The notes under the pieces: model-generated
The model's database searches: none
The model's input: the letters and a program-made list of their open reading frames with translations, nothing else
Told to the model about the DNA's origin: nothing
In this document: piece by piece, positions 61,250 through 64,000 of the stretch
Numbering within the stretch: position 1 is the stretch's first letter
How the letters are laid out: every line of letters begins with the position of its first letter
Assembly: GCF_023343835.1 (NCBI RefSeq)
Contig: NC_064458.1
Coordinates: 4,729,829-4,793,828, forward strand
Reading direction: 5' to 3'
Length of the DNA: 64,000 bases
Source: Lagopus muta
Lineage: Eukaryota
Made by a program: the position numbers and the translations under genes

Positions 61250-62050
61250 CCGTGCTGCCGGACCGCTCTCTGCAGGGCTGCGCTAAGTTCCTGCTGCCGC
61301 CGCCAGAACCGCAGCTCCTGTGCTGACGGGCGGTGGAGAGGGCGCGCGGCGACAGGCATCGGCGTGGGCAGCCGGGCCGCGGCCTTCCGGGATGCGCGCG
61401 GCGATGACGCAAAGACGCCGCAACCGCGGAACGAAAGGACCCCGCGCGCGGCGCCCGCCCCGTTCCGCGGCACGACCAATGGCCGAGCGCGGCCTCTCCG
61501 CCAATGGCGGCTGCGGCTGCGGCCGCGGGGCCCCGGCGATGGTGCTGGCGGAGCTGCGGCGCTCCACCGCCCCGTGTCCTCGCCGCCGCCCGCGCCGTGC
61601 TTCGGGGACGCCGGGCGCTCAGGGGAAGGCGGCGCGGAGGCCCGTCCCTCCCGGGTCGGCACCGAGCCGTCCTGCGCAGTCGCCGTTTGGACGGGAGCCG
61701 GCTTGGAACGCGGTCGTGTCTCTGTTTGTCGCTCTGTGCGTTCGTCGATTAAACGTTTCCCGTTCGTTTCTAGGCGCTTCTGCCCGCGGTCGTTTCTGCA
61801 GCTCCGGTAACACCCCCCGCCCCCTCCCGCCCCCCCCCCCCGTGTCCGTGCCCACCGCCGGGTAAGGACGGGGCGGCGCAAACGGCCGTGTCGCAGCACT
61901 GCGAGCGCCGGCCCCGTTCCTCCCCCCGCATCCCCTCCCCTCCTCGGCACCGCGTGGGAAATGGCTGGGATTCCGGGAGAGCTGGGGCGGCTCAGCCTGC
62001 AGACGAGGAGGCTCGGGGCGATCCCGTGCGCGGCCATCGGTCCGTGCAGG
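61250..62050. promoter_or_regulatory. CpG island with a possible + strand first exon (donor CCGCCGG|GTAAGGAC at about 61862)
   Basis: Extremely CpG-rich (gcggctgcggctgcggccgcgggg...). All long ORFs here are compositional. Confidence 0.4.
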
Positions 62051-62439
62051 GAGGCGCGGAGAGGACGGAGCCCGGCTGCGCCCGGCGGTGCCGAGCAGCG
62101 GAAGCAGGCAGGAGGCAGGAGGGAGACCTGGAGGGCTTAGGGCAGTGGCTGGGGGCTCTTGAAGGGGCTTTGAGGTGCTGTGGGTTCAGAATTGCGGTTT
62201 TTCCTCATGTTTCACACAGAAGGTGGCAGCTTGGCTCAGTACCTCAAGGTGGCAGCCGGACCCCCAACAACAACAACAGAAACATCCGCTGCCCAGAGTC
62301 CTGTGTATGGCTGTGGGAAAGATGGAGGGTGGAATAAATGTAGAACATGCACGGGAGGCTATCAGATCAAATTCAAAGTTGGCACCAAGCTTCCCCCTGC
62401 AGTTTAAACACCTACCAATAAGTCCCGCCAGTTCCTCAG

Positions 62440-63075
62440 CTAGAACCCTTTCCCCGTGGAGACAGGCTGCTTCCATTTGCAGCCATCATGCCAGGTGCCG
62501 AGTAAATTGCCCTGTGACCAAAAAAAAACCAAACTCCTGTGTTTGCACCGACTCCTAAGCCATTTGTTCAAGAGCTGGGTTTTTAGGCTCATCCCAGTAT
62601 CCTTCCCTGCCACTGAAGGTACAGATGTAATAACCACCTGCACACCTGTTCCCTGCACACCTGTTCCTTCAACTACCCACCCCAGCCCCCTGAATTCATC
62701 TTTGATAGCCTTCAGGCTTTTCTCACTAACTTCTTCACTGCCAGCCTGTACTATCAATAGTGGACAGTAGTCAGAAGGGCAGATCAGTCTGGGAAGTCTC
62801 CTAGCAATGTCCCTGACCCGTGCCCCAGGGAGGCAGCACACCTCTCTGCAGGTAGGGTTGGGCCGGCATATAGGGCCTTCAGTTCCTTGCAGCAGGGAGT
62901 CACCTATGACCACCACCCTTCTGTCCTTCCGGGTGGAGGAAGTCTTGAGGCGTGGGGGTGACCGCTTCCCCCAAGGCACCCTCATGGGTGGACCTCCCTC
63001 CACACCTGCACACACCTCTCCCTCAGGTTCCAGGGCCTCAAATCTATTCACAGAGGCACCTGGGGAGCCGAGCAT
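62440..63075 (-). mobile_element. LINE-type ORF1 with SGNH/GDSL esterase domain (CR1/L2-clade-like), open 211 codons
   Basis: It carries the GDSL block 'KDRRVVVIGDSLLQG' and 'VCCLPGARVRDIARRLPRLI...PLLIVQAGSEEV..' resembling the LINE ORF1 esterase 'C.PGA...DI' + 'GTND' blocks. It ends in a '..WHDGCKWKQPVSTGKGF' DG.H-like block. An internal GTGVQ duplication is present. Confidence 0.45.
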
Positions 63076-64000
63076 GGTCGGGGGGAGACACCCACATCAT
63101 CGGGTCGGTATCTGTTTCCACCCATCCTTCGCTCTCAAACTGCTTTGCTCTGCTCGGCAGCAACAGGGCAGAGGCTCCACCACTGTGCAGTGGATATTAC
63201 CTTGCCCTTTTGAGAGAGAGTTACAGTGGTTTCGACCCAGTCCCACACCCCCTAGTTCTTCATTAGTATTGCGAGGAGTAGGAGAGCCGCTCTCGAGAGA
63301 GGTACCGGGCTGCTCCGACGCCTCGGGAATCCCTGGATGAGGGAAAACCGAGCGAATCCCCTGTGCACCCCACGATCAGCTGCCTCAGCTCTGCCTAGGG
63401 CAGCTCCGAAGCAGCAAGCCTCAGCGATCAAAAGAACCCTTTCCCTTCCCCCCCCCCCCCCCTTTCACAATACGATTCAATCAAATCCCAGGCTCCTCCA
63501 CTAAAATGAGCTGCAATTAATCCATGCCACAGAAAACAGTTGCCGATACGAGGCTTGTACTGTCAGCTCACAGCCACCAACAATCCCTCCAACGCAGTAT
63601 TTCTATTGCCAGACCTAAGTAATTTCTCAGTGCACTTAAAGAAGGTATTACTGGTCTCATTGCTGCTGAGAGTGGCAAATGAACCCAAGTCTGCCTGACA
63701 GCTCTGCATCGCTCACAGCAAAGCTGCACAAGCAAACAAAAAGCTCTCAGCTGCAGAAACTGAGAAACATACTTCACTCCTGACTTGCACAAGTAGGGGT
63801 AGAAGGACCTCCACACTGCTTGGCCTCGCCAAGGAGTTCACACAGCTCTAAGTACCACCATTCACACACACACTCAGATCACTCTACAACTAACAACTGC
63901 CACTGACTGATGCTCAAAGCCAGAGACCCTCAGGGGCCTCGTTAGACCCAGCCCACAAAGTCTAAAGCAGAACCCTTAACCCAAAATGGCAATAGGTTAC

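Noticed and set aside
1-64000. Prokaryotic-style features (CRISPR arrays, operons, rRNA/tRNA genes, defence islands)
   Set aside because: The sequence is clearly vertebrate nuclear DNA with spliced genes, CpG islands and LINEs. No such features are present.

Overview
This is vertebrate genomic DNA, almost certainly avian: it carries many CR1 LINE fragments with the typical '...ggttagag..gatgat.tttaagg.ccc.tccaacc' 3' ends and (catagaatc)n tails. No prokaryotic-type features such as CRISPR, operons or rRNA are present.

The window has four parts.

(1) Positions 1-22370 are an ampliconic block built from a ~10,052-bp unit (U). One full forward copy plus a 1.17-kb second forward copy (1-11217) is joined directly to ~1.1 units in inverted orientation (11217-22370). 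The copies are ~99.8% identical. Each complete unit carries a 9-exon PHF7-like gene (extended-PHD/RING E3, the spermatogenesis histone H2A ubiquitin-ligase family). Its last exon adds a ~200-aa Ser/Arg/Pro-rich basic tail not found in canonical PHF7. The two gene copies are convergent: + strand at 7047-9837 and - strand at 18056-20846. Their 3' UTRs run into a 58-bp tandem repeat that supplies the AATAAA signal. The unit also contains three CR1 fragments, an orphan CpG island and a 140-bp inverted-repeat pair.

(2) Positions 27.1-37.1 kb hold a complete major vault protein gene (MVP) on the - strand. It has 16 coding exons (849 codons) that I could splice in frame, a polyA signal, and a bidirectional CpG promoter with CRE and CCAAT motifs. 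Almost every MVP intron carries its own distinct minisatellite family.

(3) Positions 45.1-46.1 kb are an olfactory-receptor pseudogene on the - strand with several frameshifts.

(4) Positions 59-63.4 kb contain a CpG island, a retroviral-type (ERV-L/spuma-like) integrase fragment and an open 211-codon LINE-type ORF1 SGNH/GDSL esterase. The rest is AT-rich intergenic DNA with scattered CR1 fragments and simple repeats.

All coordinates were derived by hand from the printed sequence. Splice-site coordinates should be treated as accurate to within about 2 bp.
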